Below are positions 43,831 to 56,355 of a stretch of DNA of 64,000 nucleotides, piece after piece. This DNA is from Naegleria gruberi. Taxonomy: Eukaryota. The DNA lies in the NCBI GenBank assembly GCA_000004985.1, contig GG738849.1; one strand, 5' to 3'. Below the pieces are notes generated by a model that saw only the letters and a program-made list of their open reading frames with translations, made no database searches and was not told the DNA's origin. A program made the translations under genes and the position numbers. Position 1 is the first letter of the stretch, and each line of letters begins with the position of its first letter.

Positions 43831-44059
43831 GCTCACAACATCCTCTATGGTCAATTCACCATCAATCCGATCTAAACAGGTTCCTGACTATTTTAATCGG
43901 ACAATGGTAATATTAGCGGAAAATGTTTTTGATGGTGATCAGTCGTTTATTGAACAATTTAACTTTTTTGTTGGTATGTTTTTTTAATGTTTTTCAAATT
44001 ATTAAAGATGATTCCATCCGATTCGTATTCTACACACATTAAATATTATAATAATATTT

Positions 44060-47000
44060 GTGATAACATTCATAATAATTTCATTACCAATTTATAACAA
44101 TATCATCAACAACAAATTGGAAATAATAGAAAACAAAAAAGCAAGAAATGATTTTGAATTTACTAAACCCCAATATAGTGTTACTTTGGAAACAATTCTA
44201 GATTATTGTAGAATGGTTAATGATATCCTTCCAGAGGAGGCAGGCATCTGTCTAGGATTACAACATCATGGCAGTGAAATTTTAATGACAAATGATTGGA
44301 GTTGGGAACAACAAACTTTCCTTTCTGTATGTAGTATTAATTTACATTTAATAGATTTAACCAATAACAAGATTTCAAACAAATTATCAACAGAGTTAGA
44401 CAATTTATATGGAACTAGTGCTGAGATTGAAAAAAAGACCACTCCTTCTCCCTACCCCACAACAAAACAATTGGAACAATTATGTCAAAATATATTTTCT
44501 TGTTTATTTTCACATGGAGACATCAAGGCAAAAGAAAAGAGTCAACTCAATATTAACTACTCATTCAAGGTTATATTTATTACCAAGTGCGTATCAACTC
44601 CTGGAATAGATAATGAATTGAAGAGGAATTTTATCTTACCCCTTGCTTCAATTTTTGAAAAGCAATTTGAACTTTTCAAGAATGAAGTTAGAAATTTCAT
44701 GTCCCAACCTTTGGACAGTGGATCTGCTTTTACAGTTTTGGAAAATCAAAGAAAAGCCCAACTGTATAAACTCTTCTCCACATTCGACGAAGAAGAACTC
44801 AGGAAGGTGACCTGTACATTGGATTTAATTGAACCTTTGGTTGAAAATTTCCTGATAGAGGCATGTCCCGATATTGACCCAAATCAACCATTGAAATTCA
44901 ATTGCTCATCCCTTACTCCAAATCTTCCTCTCGAGTCTTTATCAACAGAGCCAATTTCTTCTCTATTGAGAACAACAAGACCAGTGGAGAATACTAGATT
45001 TTGGCAGGTTGAACGAGATTCAATGGAGAGAGTTATTAGAGAAAAAATTGCTCAAAAGCAATACGGACTAATACTAATTTCTGTTCAGGGAATTCCAATG
45101 AGAGATGCTTGCTCTGAGGGTACCAACAATTATGATGTCTTGTTAGCTTGTAAAGGGTTGACTGTGGATATTATTCAGGATGTGTCTGTTTCATCGGGAT
45201 CGATCAACTTGAGATGGGTTAGAGCTGATCCAAAGAGAAGCATTGAACATTTGTACACTACCAAATCTGTTCATAGAATCACACCAATGACTCCCTACAC
45301 ATTACCAACTGTTTGTCTGATGAGACACTTGTCAACTAAAAAACCTGTAGCACTAATTTATGAATCAGAGTATAATCTGGCACATAATCATTCACCAACA
45401 CACTTGATTTTACAACACGGTCATGATGTATACTTACATGTATTACATTTGAATAAGGTCTTCCAACCTTACACTGACATTATTCAAAATGAAGAAAATA
45501 ATCTAAGGTATAGAACTCATGAATTTATTGATATTGTGAATAATCACCTCTTGAGGGTAAATGTAAAAAGAGATTTAGCTAGGGAAGGTACCACCATTCA
45601 AGAAACAGAGAAAGAAAGCCTTATCACCCTTATGAAACATAACAATTGTGTGTATAGTGTCCCATCAAGTATCGAAAGAGGCACCAGATATTTCCCACTT
45701 GCTGCAGATGATAGTTCTGTTCTATTTTGTGAAAATGCAAGAGAAATCTATGCAACATTATTTTCCAAAATTATTACCCCTTTAATGGATATTCTTTTGA
45801 GAAAAGCTCCAGAATATGTCAATGATCAAGATAAGATCTATGTAGAAAAACTATTGGAATCATTGTTCGAATTCTCGAGAGGAAATGATGAACAATTAAT
45901 ACCAGAATTGAAAAACGATCATACCAAACGTTGGAATTCTTATAGAAAGATTTGGGGAGAATTAAGAGCATTCTTCCTAACAATAGGATATAAGGAATTT
46001 ACTGCTGTCATGGATAGATTGTGGCCACAATTCCTGTACGATAAGCAACAACAAGGAGACGACAGCACAGGCAGAAGAGCAAAGAGAGTGGTCGAAGTTC
46101 AAAGAGACAGATATGGAGCTGTCATTTTCCCAATTCCACTAGGAGCGTTGACAGTCCTCTCGTTAGGCAAAGTAATTTATGATAGACCAAATTATCATAC
46201 TGACAAGTATATTTGGCCTGTAGGATATAAGAGTACTCGTTATTATACTAGTGTAAAGGATACCAATAGAAGATGTCTCTATACTTGCGAAATTAAGGAT
46301 GGAGGTGAGAGTCCAATATTTGTCCTCTCCTCTGACGATAATCCTAATGATATTATTGAAGCTCCAAGTGCTACAGCAGCATGGACAGCAATTGTAAAAC
46401 AAATCAACAAAATCAAGAGCGAAGAATCTGGAAAGAGAGTGTTTACTAATGTGAGTGGACCTGAATATTTTGGACTGGCCCACCCAACAATCATGAAACT
46501 CATTTCACAACTACCAAATGCTGAAAAGATTAATCGACCAAATTATGCACCAAACCAACCTGTCAAGACAGAGTCATCTATTAATGATCCTAATGCAAGC
46601 AGTGATGATGAGAATATCACACCTCCCTCTGCAAACATGACCCCAAGCGCTTCAAGCCTTCATCCATCAGTATCACAAACAAGCCTTTCCAGTCAACTTC
46701 AACAAGCAACGCCAACACTCTCAGCCTCACCTGAAACCAATAATGGAGATGCACAAACACCAGATCTTGCCAGAAAGAGAGCAAAGAGAAATGAGCAAGT
46801 TCATTACGAAAGAGATACAACAAGAAGTGAAATTCAAAAGGTTTCATGGTTGCCAAACATGAATCTTGCTCAATTCTGTGAAAATAGAAGTAACAAGTTG
46901 GTTGCCAAACCAATGGATGGCGAGAATGAGGGTGAGAAGGGTCTCTACTCTTACCTAAACCTTAATAATGCAAATGACAGATCAAGTAATCAACAAGGTT

Positions 47001-47101
47001 CATCTTCAAATGCCAATCATCAACAAGGTTCCTCGAATCATTATGGATCCAATCGAAATAGAAAATATGGTCAAAAACGAAAGTTTGCACTTTATCAATA
47101 A
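44060..47101 (+). CDS. FYRN/FYRC (FY-rich) domain protein, ~1,000 aa
   Basis: FYRN: RVVEVQRDRYGAVIFPIPLGALTVLSLGKVIYDRPNYHTDKYIWPVGYKSTRYYTSVKDTNRRCLYTCEIKD. FYRC: GESPIFVLSSDDNPNDIIEAPSATAAWTAIVKQINK...VSGPEYFGLAHPTIMKLISQLPNAEK. No SET or PHD seen. The ORF-track start is a TTG, so the true ATG is downstream or in an upstream exon. Confidence 0.6.
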   Translation: MITFIIISLPIYNNIINNKLEIIENKKARNDFEFTKPQYSVTLETILDYCRMVNDILPEEAGICLGLQHHGSEILMTNDWSWEQQTFLSVCSINLHLIDLTNNKISNKLSTELDNLYGTSAEIEKKTTPSPYPTTKQLEQLCQNIFSCLFSHGDIKAKEKSQLNINYSFKVIFITKCVSTPGIDNELKRNFILPLASIFEKQFELFKNEVRNFMSQPLDSGSAFTVLENQRKAQLYKLFSTFDEEELRKVTCTLDLIEPLVENFLIEACPDIDPNQPLKFNCSSLTPNLPLESLSTEPISSLLRTTRPVENTRFWQVERDSMERVIREKIAQKQYGLILISVQGIPMRDACSEGTNNYDVLLACKGLTVDIIQDVSVSSGSINLRWVRADPKRSIEHLYTTKSVHRITPMTPYTLPTVCLMRHLSTKKPVALIYESEYNLAHNHSPTHLILQHGHDVYLHVLHLNKVFQPYTDIIQNEENNLRYRTHEFIDIVNNHLLRVNVKRDLAREGTTIQETEKESLITLMKHNNCVYSVPSSIERGTRYFPLAADDSSVLFCENAREIYATLFSKIITPLMDILLRKAPEYVNDQDKIYVEKLLESLFEFSRGNDEQLIPELKNDHTKRWNSYRKIWGELRAFFLTIGYKEFTAVMDRLWPQFLYDKQQQGDDSTGRRAKRVVEVQRDRYGAVIFPIPLGALTVLSLGKVIYDRPNYHTDKYIWPVGYKSTRYYTSVKDTNRRCLYTCEIKDGGESPIFVLSSDDNPNDIIEAPSATAAWTAIVKQINKIKSEESGKRVFTNVSGPEYFGLAHPTIMKLISQLPNAEKINRPNYAPNQPVKTESSINDPNASSDDENITPPSANMTPSASSLHPSVSQTSLSSQLQQATPTLSASPETNNGDAQTPDLARKRAKRNEQVHYERDTTRSEIQKVSWLPNMNLAQFCENRSNKLVAKPMDGENEGEKGLYSYLNLNNANDRSSNQQGSSSNANHQQGSSNHYGSNRNRKYGQKRKFALYQ

Positions 47102-47102
47102 A

Positions 47103-49123
47103 TTAATCATCAATTGATAAAACTATATTTCCATCATCATCAACCAATTCTTTCATAAATATTGGTTTTGAGACTGGTTGGAGGAATGACAGCAAGGTAG
47201 ATTGTTGAGGACTTAAGGTGGGAGAGGATTTTGATTTTTTCGTGTTAGAATCAGAGGTGGTTGGAGTTTTTCTTTTCAGTTTTACCGTAGATCTCGAAGC
47301 AGAACTGGGTGTGGTACTGGAGGAGGTTTTTTTAGTAGTACCTGTAGGTAGATTGGGAGGTTTCTTGCTAATCATAGAAGAGGAAGAGGAGGGTTTTACG
47401 AAGGGGTTGGCAGTTTTAGGAAGGGGATTCACTATGATATCTTCGTCGTCTTCTTGACTGTCAGAAATAAAAATAGGTAGCTCAATAGTACTTGGGCTAT
47501 CAATATACATACTAAACTGACTACCATCTCTAAAATCATCATCCAAATCAATAACAGGATCTGTGGTACAAATAGGAGCAGAGCATGATGTAGATTGTTG
47601 AGGAGTTCCATATAAAGACATTGGGGATTCTGAATATTGACTCTTGCTCTCAGAAACAGGAGTCACATCAATGGAATTCTCGTCATCAAAATCATAATCA
47701 TCCAAATTAATATCAATATCGTCATCATTCTTATTGGGGGAAATACGTTGTTGAATTGGTTTTGGATCAGACTTTTTAAGAAAGAGAGAAATGGATTTTT
47801 GATTCTTGTCTCTCTTTGGCTTTTCTTCCTTCTTTGATTTTTTTCTGGGTGTTGAAACAGAATTGGTACCTGAAGCTCCATCAGTCATCACAATTTCTGG
47901 AACTGTAAACTTTACACGAATGGGAGTGTATTGAAAATCATCTGAAAGCATTTCAATTATTCTTGCCTTGTGGTGGGGGTCATTATATACAGTTGGTACA
48001 AGATGATCGTAATTAAATGTTTCTACACAATCTTTCAATTCTGTAAAGCTAGAGTGTTCACTGTATGGAACCTCTATCAATGTAATATTTCCATTTCTTA
48101 CAGCCTTTACAGGAACTTCTGGAATTGAACCATCAAGTGGCATTGACTTGGGAATGTCCATATCTTTAAAGCACCATGCACTAGGTTTGATTGCAATAAT
48201 CTCGCTCACATTTCTGTTGGAAGATTTAATTTGGAAAAGTCTCTTCCAACTCACATCCTTCATATTTACAATATGGATATTTGTCTCGGCTATATTCATT
48301 GTGAAAATGTTAAAGTATGGCAGTTCCAAACACTCTAAAGTTTTGTATTTTTCAAATGTTACAAATACCTTCTTTCCAGTTCTCTTACTAAGACCTTCTG
48401 CAATTCTTTCTTTACCAATTAAATATGTACCTATCAATACTAAATATGACTTGCTAGTATTTTTGAATTTACTCTCAAGTAAATCAGCAATGAAATCAAT
48501 TGCTTCGACTTGTTTTGGAAATGTATAGAAAGGATCACAATAGGTTGTGTCAATAAAAATTGATTCTAATTGTTTTTTTGGCACTCCCTTCAAAGAAATT
48601 CCATCTCTTTCTTCAATTATCTGTCTAATGTCATCCCTCATATAAGGTCTTAATTCTTCACAATCCAACATCTTGGATCTGTCAAATCTCATATCTCCTG
48701 TATGTAAAAAGGCTTTTCCAGTCTTGCTTACTTGAAACAATACTAGACTACTTCCAGGACAGTGATTAGCATCAAGAAAAGTAAACTTGACACCTTTATA
48801 CTCATATGTTTTGTTAAACTCACAAGCATTAAGATACTTGTCAGCAATCCCAAATTGTTTTTTCACTAAATTACAAGTTGGGATGGTACAATAAATTGAT
48901 CCATGTGACCACGTTTTCACCAATCCAGCATACTATAATAACATTAGAAGAAACAATATTATTTAAATAAACCTTGTCACCAACCAATTAATAAAAAACA
49001 ACTTACGTGATCAGAGTGAAAGTGAGTCAGAAAGAAGGTATTATACTTTTGTTTGTATTTAAATCCATCAACTACAAAATCCGTTCCCGGAATGAGTTTA
49101 ATATCCTCATCATTGGCTGCCAT
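47103..49123 (-). CDS. DCLRE1: SNM1/PSO2/Artemis-family DNA repair nuclease (metallo-beta-lactamase + DRMBL), 2 exons
   Basis: Exon 1 is 49007..49123 ([39 protein letters not shown]). Intron 48933..49006 is 74 nt (GTAAGT...TTATAG). Exon 2 is 47103..48932 ([16 protein letters not shown]..., [15 protein letters not shown], ...[12 protein letters not shown]). A long Ser-rich acidic C-terminal tail follows. Confidence 0.8.
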
Positions 49124-49612
49124 TATTTATCAATTTATCCACTCAAAAAAACTATTGCTTTCAATATGATAAAAGTTTCAATATGATGATTATTCTGTTG
49201 TTGTTGCTGTGTGATGGCAGTTACTTGAAACAACTATGTAACTGGCGAAAGAGCGCGGGTGAATTTCTTTTTTTTAAATTTTTAAATGAATCAAATTCTA
49301 TTGGAAGTGGAGGGAAAATGAATGTGTTCGAATTTCTGCTCGAACCTACTCATAATTTGGGTTTTTGTAAAGATTTTGATAATATTTGAAACACAGATCT
49401 ATGGCCAATCATTCCAAGACAATATACATGTTGCATTCAAAACTGTTTGAGTTGATTATTTTCATTATTTTCTTTGCAATTCTTTTTTAATAGACATTGG
49501 AATACAGACAATATTGATTTATCATTGATTTGATTCTAGTTGCCAAATAACTCAAAAATCTTAAAGAGATAATTATTCAATCGAATTGAATTAAAAAAAC
49601 ATTTTAAAAAAA

Positions 49613-52041
49613 ATGTTACAACACCCATCATCAAATAGAAATGATGGCATGTCGGATGATTCATCATCGGAAGGAGAGGAAGAAGGCTATTCCCTAAGTG
49701 CAACCACTTTGAAAATATGTACAGACTATTTGGCTAGAATTAAAATGGTTCAAGAGGAATTGAACAATCAATTGAGCCTTGTACAAGGAAGAGGAACTAA
49801 TACATTCCCAGTATTAAAAGCTGGTGAGGAATGGAATGGAATTCGTGATGAGGAAATTGAAGCTCAATTACTGAATGATATTCTCAACTTTTTATGTTCT
49901 CCCGAACATGTCGACTATTTTGTGAGCATGTATGAATTTATTGAATTGTATTTTAGTGTGATGGCTACAAATACTTCAATTTGTGTGGCATCTCATATTA
50001 GAATTGTTAAATGTCTAGAGGAATATTATCACTTTTATGTACTTCTTGCGAATGAGGATCGTTATTCTGATTCTAGAATTATTTATGAAAATACTGTGAT
50101 TGTAAATATTGTCAAATATTTAATGAAATTTCTTGGAGAAATGTCAAAGTGTTTGAAAGGGAAAAATCTCAAGTATCTCTCTCTTTTCATGCATGGTATT
50201 GCAATTCTGGATAAATACTTACTAAAATTAATTTCTAATCAAAGGATTTTAAAGATTATTAACGATGCAATTTTGAATTTTTCAATAGAAATGTTTAATA
50301 CTCTTCTTCCATCTGAAGAGGATAACACTACCGATGCTAATTGTGATAGTGTAACACTCATCTGTGGTACATTATCAAAAATCCCCATCATACGGCAATT
50401 CTCTCACACTTTTATTTTGAAAAAGTATGACGAGTATCAAAATCAACCAAAGAAATTGTGGAATACTACATTTCAATTAGCTCTCTTGATTGGACTTTTC
50501 ACATGTAAAGGATATGATGATTTTTTATTTACAAATTTACAGCATTCAAATGAGCTAGTTGCCTATACTTGCATTTGGTCTTTGGGAACAGTTTGCGAGG
50601 ATAAAAAGCCACTAATTACCAAGTTACAACATATATATGTGACCGATAGTAGAGCCATGATAAAAAGGTCAATTTTGAAAATATTTTCTACCTATGTGAT
50701 GCAAGATGAGCACATTGGTATGGATATGTATGATTCGATATTTAAAATTTTGCCTCTCTCTGTCACTGATGATTTAAGGACAAAATCTGTAAGTTTATTT
50801 TGAATTTCAAGTATTAACCTTCACAGTATGATACCCTCACCTCTTCTTGGTTTTTAATGAGTTTAATTATTAAGAAATCCCAAAATAGAGATACATATAT
50901 TTTCAGTGTCATTGATTTGTTTGATGATTTGGAAAAGTCTATGAGTTTGCAATGTGCAGAGAGTGGTAGCTATGCAAAAATTGATCCTGGATTTAAAAAA
51001 GTTCACGCCGTCTATTTCAAGCTTTTATCAGATAAGAAAGTATTGAAATATTTGAGAAATAACCTAATCATGCAACGAAAATTGAGGGAGAGTGTTTTTG
51101 TATCACTTAGAAGAATGCTCTTCTCAGTGAGGATTGTAGATAAACATTTCACAGAAAATCTAGAGGACTATATGGGAGTGGTAGTTGGACTAATGGACGA
51201 TGAAATGATTCGATACATGAAGGAAGAACAATTAATAGTATCAAAATGCTTATTCAAAGCCAATGTGATTAACAAGCAAATGGGAAATTCATACTTTGCT
51301 CTAATAGCACAGCTGGGAGTTCACTTGGAAGATATTCTTACCATTAAGGAAATATTTTCACTCCTTACTGAGAGAATGCTCTTTCAAATTCCAAAGAAAA
51401 TTACACTGATCGATAAGGTAGAAGATGTGATAATACTACTCTACATATTGAATAGTATAGGAGAAGTATTGAGGACATATGGATCAAAGATTGTACAAAA
51501 CTCGTATTTGAAACCCCTCTTTCTCGAATCATTGGAGAATAATATTATCAATATTTTCAACTCTAAAGAGCTAATCAAAGGTGTTGGTTCAATTGGAAAA
51601 TCTGTAGATGTTATTGTAATGTTGAAATCCGTTTTTTGTAGTGTCATTTCAAAGATTTATTGCTATTGTGACAAGGATTTGATATTGAAAAACTTTAAGA
51701 AAGTTCGAGATATTCTATTATTTTATCCTGAACTGCCACATTTGAGAATGGGATTGGAGCAATTAGAATACTTTGCTTCATTTGTCGATATTTTGGAACA
51801 TGTCACAGATACAGATGAACGTGTTGATTTTGACTTTTTGCAGAATATTCAATTACTTGATAGGAGTGTATCGATATTGCACAGATTCAAGAATGCAACT
51901 GATGCTTTTTATTTCAGATCTGAACTTGGAGTCATTAATGAGGGAGAAAGTTTGACTCAAGACTGGAAAATGTTGGTCATCAAGTCTGTTAGATTGAGAA
52001 ACTTGTTAGAAACACAAATACAAGATTTGGCTCAGGCTTGA
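49613..52041 (+). CDS. Hypothetical alpha-helical (ARM/HEAT-like) protein, ~790 aa, 2 exons
   Basis: ORFs 49613..50803 and 50857..52041 join through a 38-nt phase-0 intron at 50789..50826 (GTAAGT...TTCACAG). The junction reads ...DDLRTKS|YDTLTSSWFLMSLIIKK. No domain recognised. Confidence 0.55.
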
Positions 52042-52099
52042 AATATTAAAAATAAGATTTGAAATAGTGGTATAAGTGCATGAATGAAATAATAATAAT

Positions 52100-53800
52100 T
52101 TAATAGTCATCATCCTCATCCTCATCATACTTGTTGATATACTTTTCGTGGTCTGGATTTTTCATATAATTCTTAACATCCTCATCATAGGCCTCATTAT
52201 TCTCATGTTCATTAATTCCAAAAGGATCAACATGATGAATCTTGCCCTTCTTATCACGAACAGTCTTTACAGGAAGTTTTGGATCAGAGGAAATTTGCAT
52301 TTCATCATCGTCATTCTTGGCATAGTCAAATTCGTATGGATTAGTCTTGGCTTTCTTTTTTCTGATACCTTTCTTTTTATATTTACCAGATGATGATTTG
52401 GCTGTATGTTGTTCAAATGATTCCTTCTCCCTCAAACGAATGTACTTTTTGATAAGTTCCTTATTGGTATTGGAAAGTTTGTTATATTCCTTCTCTGAGA
52501 GATTATCCAAGTACTTTTCAATTTTTTCATCCATAAAACCGAATTTAGATTCATTAGAACCTGATTTCTTCTTTTTTGGATAAACTCTATCATAGATTTC
52601 TTGAGGAATTTGAACCTTAACCTTCTTCTTTGGTTTGATTTGCTTTTTTTTCTTTGGTTTTGGAGCTTTGTCTGTCTTGATGTTTTTGAATGGATCATAA
52701 AAGTTATAAGGATCGTCTTGATTCGCTTGCTCTCCATTTTGTGGTTCATTATTTGTTAAAGTTGGTTCTCTTTCTTGTGTTTGAGTGTTAGTATCAGTAT
52801 TGCTAGGAACTTCTGACACAGGTGGTGGATTGTTTGGTTTGGCAATTTGAGGTTCTTCCTTATCTACCAGAACCTCTTCTTCCTCTTCTTTGATTTCTAA
52901 TCTATTATTGTGTTGCTGATGGTGTTGCTGTGTGACATAATTGGAAGAATCAGTCTCGAGCACTGAAGCATTATTGGCCCAAACTTTGAAGCCGCCATAA
53001 ATCATGGCACCCAAAATAGCCAGCATAATCAATACGATTAGATATTTCAATAATCTACTACACATCGATTGTTTAGCTTTGCTTGCTGGTTTAAATTCCT
53101 TTTGTGTTGGAATATTTTGATGGGCTTGGTAGGATGGATAGGCTTGGAAGGAATTGGCAGATGAATGATGTTGCACATAACCATTATCGTTATGGGAAAC
53201 GGAAGACATTCCACTATTGTGCATAGCAGACGAAGAAAAATCAGATTGATAGGAAGAGATCATTGTGGGACTGCCTTGATGATGCAATGGTGGAATATTG
53301 CCGGAATGTTGTTGTGGCATTACTGTTGCTGATGGAATAAACTCTGGAACAGAATATCCGAGGGAGACATTCAAATTGTCCTCTTGTTGTGCTGAAAAAG
53401 CATTGGGAGATGGTGATGAAATGGAACCAGCAGATGGTACAAAAAACATGTGGGATTGTTTTTGAAAATTGTCCACTAATGGTTGATCAGATTTGGTTTT
53501 TGGTTGTCGTCTAAATCTCAATGGTTTATCAGTGCCTGTAGTGGTAGGACTATCATTTTGTTGAAGATCTTCATTAGATTCATTATATGAAACAAAATTA
53601 GCTTGTGGAGGCTCATTCATAGCAGGTATGTATTGAATTGATGAGGTTAAATTATCAGTATTTTCCATTTGTCCAAAATTTTGAAAACCATCCTCTGAGA
53701 CTGGTACATAATCGAGAACCATTGATTCATCGGAATTTGAATAACCAACTGTTGATACATTATAAGTGGGTGGTGAATATTGCTGATCAAGTTTTTTCAT
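52100..53800 (-). CDS. Single-pass membrane protein with Pro/Gln/Ser-rich N-terminal region and Lys-rich C-terminal region, hypothetical
   Basis: 566 aa. TM segment LIVLIMLAILGAMIYGGF near the middle. K-rich tail (KPKKKKQIKPKKKVKV). Confidence 0.45.
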   Translation of the reverse strand: MKKLDQQYSPPTYNVSTVGYSNSDESMVLDYVPVSEDGFQNFGQMENTDNLTSSIQYIPAMNEPPQANFVSYNESNEDLQQNDSPTTTGTDKPLRFRRQPKTKSDQPLVDNFQKQSHMFFVPSAGSISSPSPNAFSAQQEDNLNVSLGYSVPEFIPSATVMPQQHSGNIPPLHHQGSPTMISSYQSDFSSSAMHNSGMSSVSHNDNGYVQHHSSANSFQAYPSYQAHQNIPTQKEFKPASKAKQSMCSRLLKYLIVLIMLAILGAMIYGGFKVWANNASVLETDSSNYVTQQHHQQHNNRLEIKEEEEEVLVDKEEPQIAKPNNPPPVSEVPSNTDTNTQTQEREPTLTNNEPQNGEQANQDDPYNFYDPFKNIKTDKAPKPKKKKQIKPKKKVKVQIPQEIYDRVYPKKKKSGSNESKFGFMDEKIEKYLDNLSEKEYNKLSNTNKELIKKYIRLREKESFEQHTAKSSSGKYKKKGIRKKKAKTNPYEFDYAKNDDDEMQISSDPKLPVKTVRDKKGKIHHVDPFGINEHENNEAYDEDVKNYMKNPDHEKYINKYDEDEDDDY

Positions 53801-54437
53801 TTTTTAAAATAATACACGCCAATGACACGATACTATTGGCCAATTATAATCAATGATACGTATGTTGTGTTGGTACTTTTTTGAATCCTCAATTCTTTCT
53901 TGCCTTTTCTCTGTGAGAGTGTACACGTGTCTTACTATTTTGCTCCTCAATAAAATTTCTTCATAATTCTCATTGAATTAAAAAACATAATAAAAGTTAG
54001 ATGTAAGCATGATCAGTCCCTTGCTGTCATGAAGGATCAGTTCGGGGTGGAGATAGCCAGAGTCTATCACTCATCTTACGGCAGACTCTCAGCGATGTTG
54101 CCAAAGGCGACACTGAATGCCTAATTCGAAAAGACGGTTTGACCTATGCTTTCATAGGAATGAATCAATGCTTGCGTTGCATATGTGAAGCGAGAATTTT
54201 TATTGATTGTGGTTTTCTTTTTTTTATTATTTTTTAAACAAATCTTCACCCATAGATATTATCTGGTTGAGTAAATAGTGAGCAACATAATGTAATGCTC
54301 ATTCTTTTTCATTGTAAAACTCTAAACAATATATGCATTAATGAATTGTCAATTCATAGAAATCTTCTTTATCGGAGTTGCACAGTTGATAATATTTGCA
54401 ATAAGCACTTTTAAAAAAATAAGATTCTCATCAACAA

Positions 54438-55880
54438 ATGGCCTCCATCTTGAAAACAAGTTGCAATCGTGCCTTGTATCGTGAAGCTTTCTATCAAGCA
54501 GCAAAATTAAAACAATCCGAAGGACTTTATTCTAATATTGCCTATTTTATTCAAGGAGGAGACATTAAAGCTAGAACACCTGGTAATGATGTTGATTTAT
54601 CATTTCGTCAAGAAAGTAATTTTTACTATTTAACTGGATTGTCTGAACCTGGATGTTGTTTACTTTTGAATCCATCCAAGAGTGAATCTGTTTTATTTGT
54701 TCCTGAATATGATGATGAATATGCATTGTGGTGTGGTGACTATCCAGTCATTGAAGATTACAAACAAAAACTTGGATTTTCAAGAGTGGAATATAAGACT
54801 CAAGGATCAACACTTGTTTCATCAATTCTCAATGAATGGCAAACTCACAAGGTTATTGCCTTCGATCAAGAATCAAAATCAAATCAATTAATTCAACAAC
54901 TTTCAAACGTTGAAGTTGTTGGTGATGAAATTACTCGTGCATTCTATGTTTTGGTTAGAGATTTAAGATTAATTAAACAACAAGAGGAAATTGAAATGAT
55001 GAGAAAGATGTGTCAAATCAGTGGTGACGCTCACGTCAAGTGTATGCAACGTTCTAGACCTGGAATTAATGAACGTGAATTAGAAGCTGTATTCAGATAT
55101 GAAACAATGATAAATGCTGGATCAGTTTTCATGGCTTATGATCCAATTATTGCTGGTGATGATCGTGGTGCTACATTGCACTATGTCAGAAATGATGAAA
55201 ATGTCAGTGATGGTAGTTTAGTCTTGATTGATGCTGGTGCTGAATGTTATGGATCATTATATGCCAGTGATATTACTAGAGTTTTCCCAGTTAATGGTAA
55301 ATTCTCTGAAAAGCAACGTCAAGTTTATCAAATTGTTCTTGATGCTCAAATGGCTGTATTGAATTCTATGAAGCCTGGTGTTAAATGGGAAGATATGCAT
55401 CGTTTGGCTTCAAGAGTCATTACTAAAGGATTGTTTGAATTGGGATTGTTGAAAGTTGATGGAAAGAGTGGAGAAGAAGCTGTTGATGAATTGGTTCAAA
55501 ACCACGTTGGAGCTGTCTTTTTCCCTCATGGTTTGGGACATGCTTTGGGTCTTGATGTTCACGATCCACCAAATCGTGATGGTAGTTTTGAAAAGATCGA
55601 CGAACCTGGTATTGGTTATTTGAGATTGAGAGTTACTCTCCAAAAGGGTATGGTCTTGACTGTTGAACCAGGTATCTATTTCAATAAGAGAATGATTGCC
55701 AACGCTTTCAAGAATGAAACAACAGCCAAATACTTGAATGCCACCCTCATTGATGAATACATGTGTGTTGGAGGTATTAGAATTGAAGATGATGTTGCAA
55801 TCACTGATGATGGTATTGATAATTTGTGTGCAGGTGTTCCAAAGACCATTGATGAAATTGAAAAGATCATGACTAAATAA
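54438..55880 (+). CDS. PEPD: Xaa-Pro dipeptidase (prolidase, peptidase M24B)
   Basis: 480 aa with the M24 pita-bread fold metal ligands (LIDAGAECYGSLYASDITR, HGLGHALGLDVHD, VLTVEPGIY, GGIRIEDDV) and the N-terminal AMP_N domain. Confidence 0.85.
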   Translation: MASILKTSCNRALYREAFYQAAKLKQSEGLYSNIAYFIQGGDIKARTPGNDVDLSFRQESNFYYLTGLSEPGCCLLLNPSKSESVLFVPEYDDEYALWCGDYPVIEDYKQKLGFSRVEYKTQGSTLVSSILNEWQTHKVIAFDQESKSNQLIQQLSNVEVVGDEITRAFYVLVRDLRLIKQQEEIEMMRKMCQISGDAHVKCMQRSRPGINERELEAVFRYETMINAGSVFMAYDPIIAGDDRGATLHYVRNDENVSDGSLVLIDAGAECYGSLYASDITRVFPVNGKFSEKQRQVYQIVLDAQMAVLNSMKPGVKWEDMHRLASRVITKGLFELGLLKVDGKSGEEAVDELVQNHVGAVFFPHGLGHALGLDVHDPPNRDGSFEKIDEPGIGYLRLRVTLQKGMVLTVEPGIYFNKRMIANAFKNETTAKYLNATLIDEYMCVGGIRIEDDVAITDDGIDNLCAGVPKTIDEIEKIMTK

Positions 55881-56355
55881 ATATTTTTGTAAATTTTAAT
55901 TTCATATTGTTTTACAATTAATTCTCTTAAATTTAAACTTCTAAGGGAAACAAAAACTTGCGAAGTCCGAATATCTAACAATTTATCACAAATAAACCTA
56001 ATAAGGTGAGTTTGGTTCGTAAGGAGAAAATATTATTCTCCACCGCCAATAATTATTAACATCACAAAACTTCAATTCTCTACACAATCTCAATATTATT
56101 AAACTAATCCATTGTACTGTATTGTTGTTAAATTAATAAATAAATAATCATTTAACACACTCTAGATAAAGAGCTGTTGATTTTTGGCTTCAAAACCCGA
56201 ACGCACTTTGGTGGAGTTTGTTACAGACCGATGAACCAAACACTATTTATTTGTTGATCGAGTGAATGTTCGGATTGCGTTGAACTCACCAGCCACCAAA
56301 TAAATTTCACAGCGCATTTGTTTTGAATAAAAAAATAACACATAATACACACATC

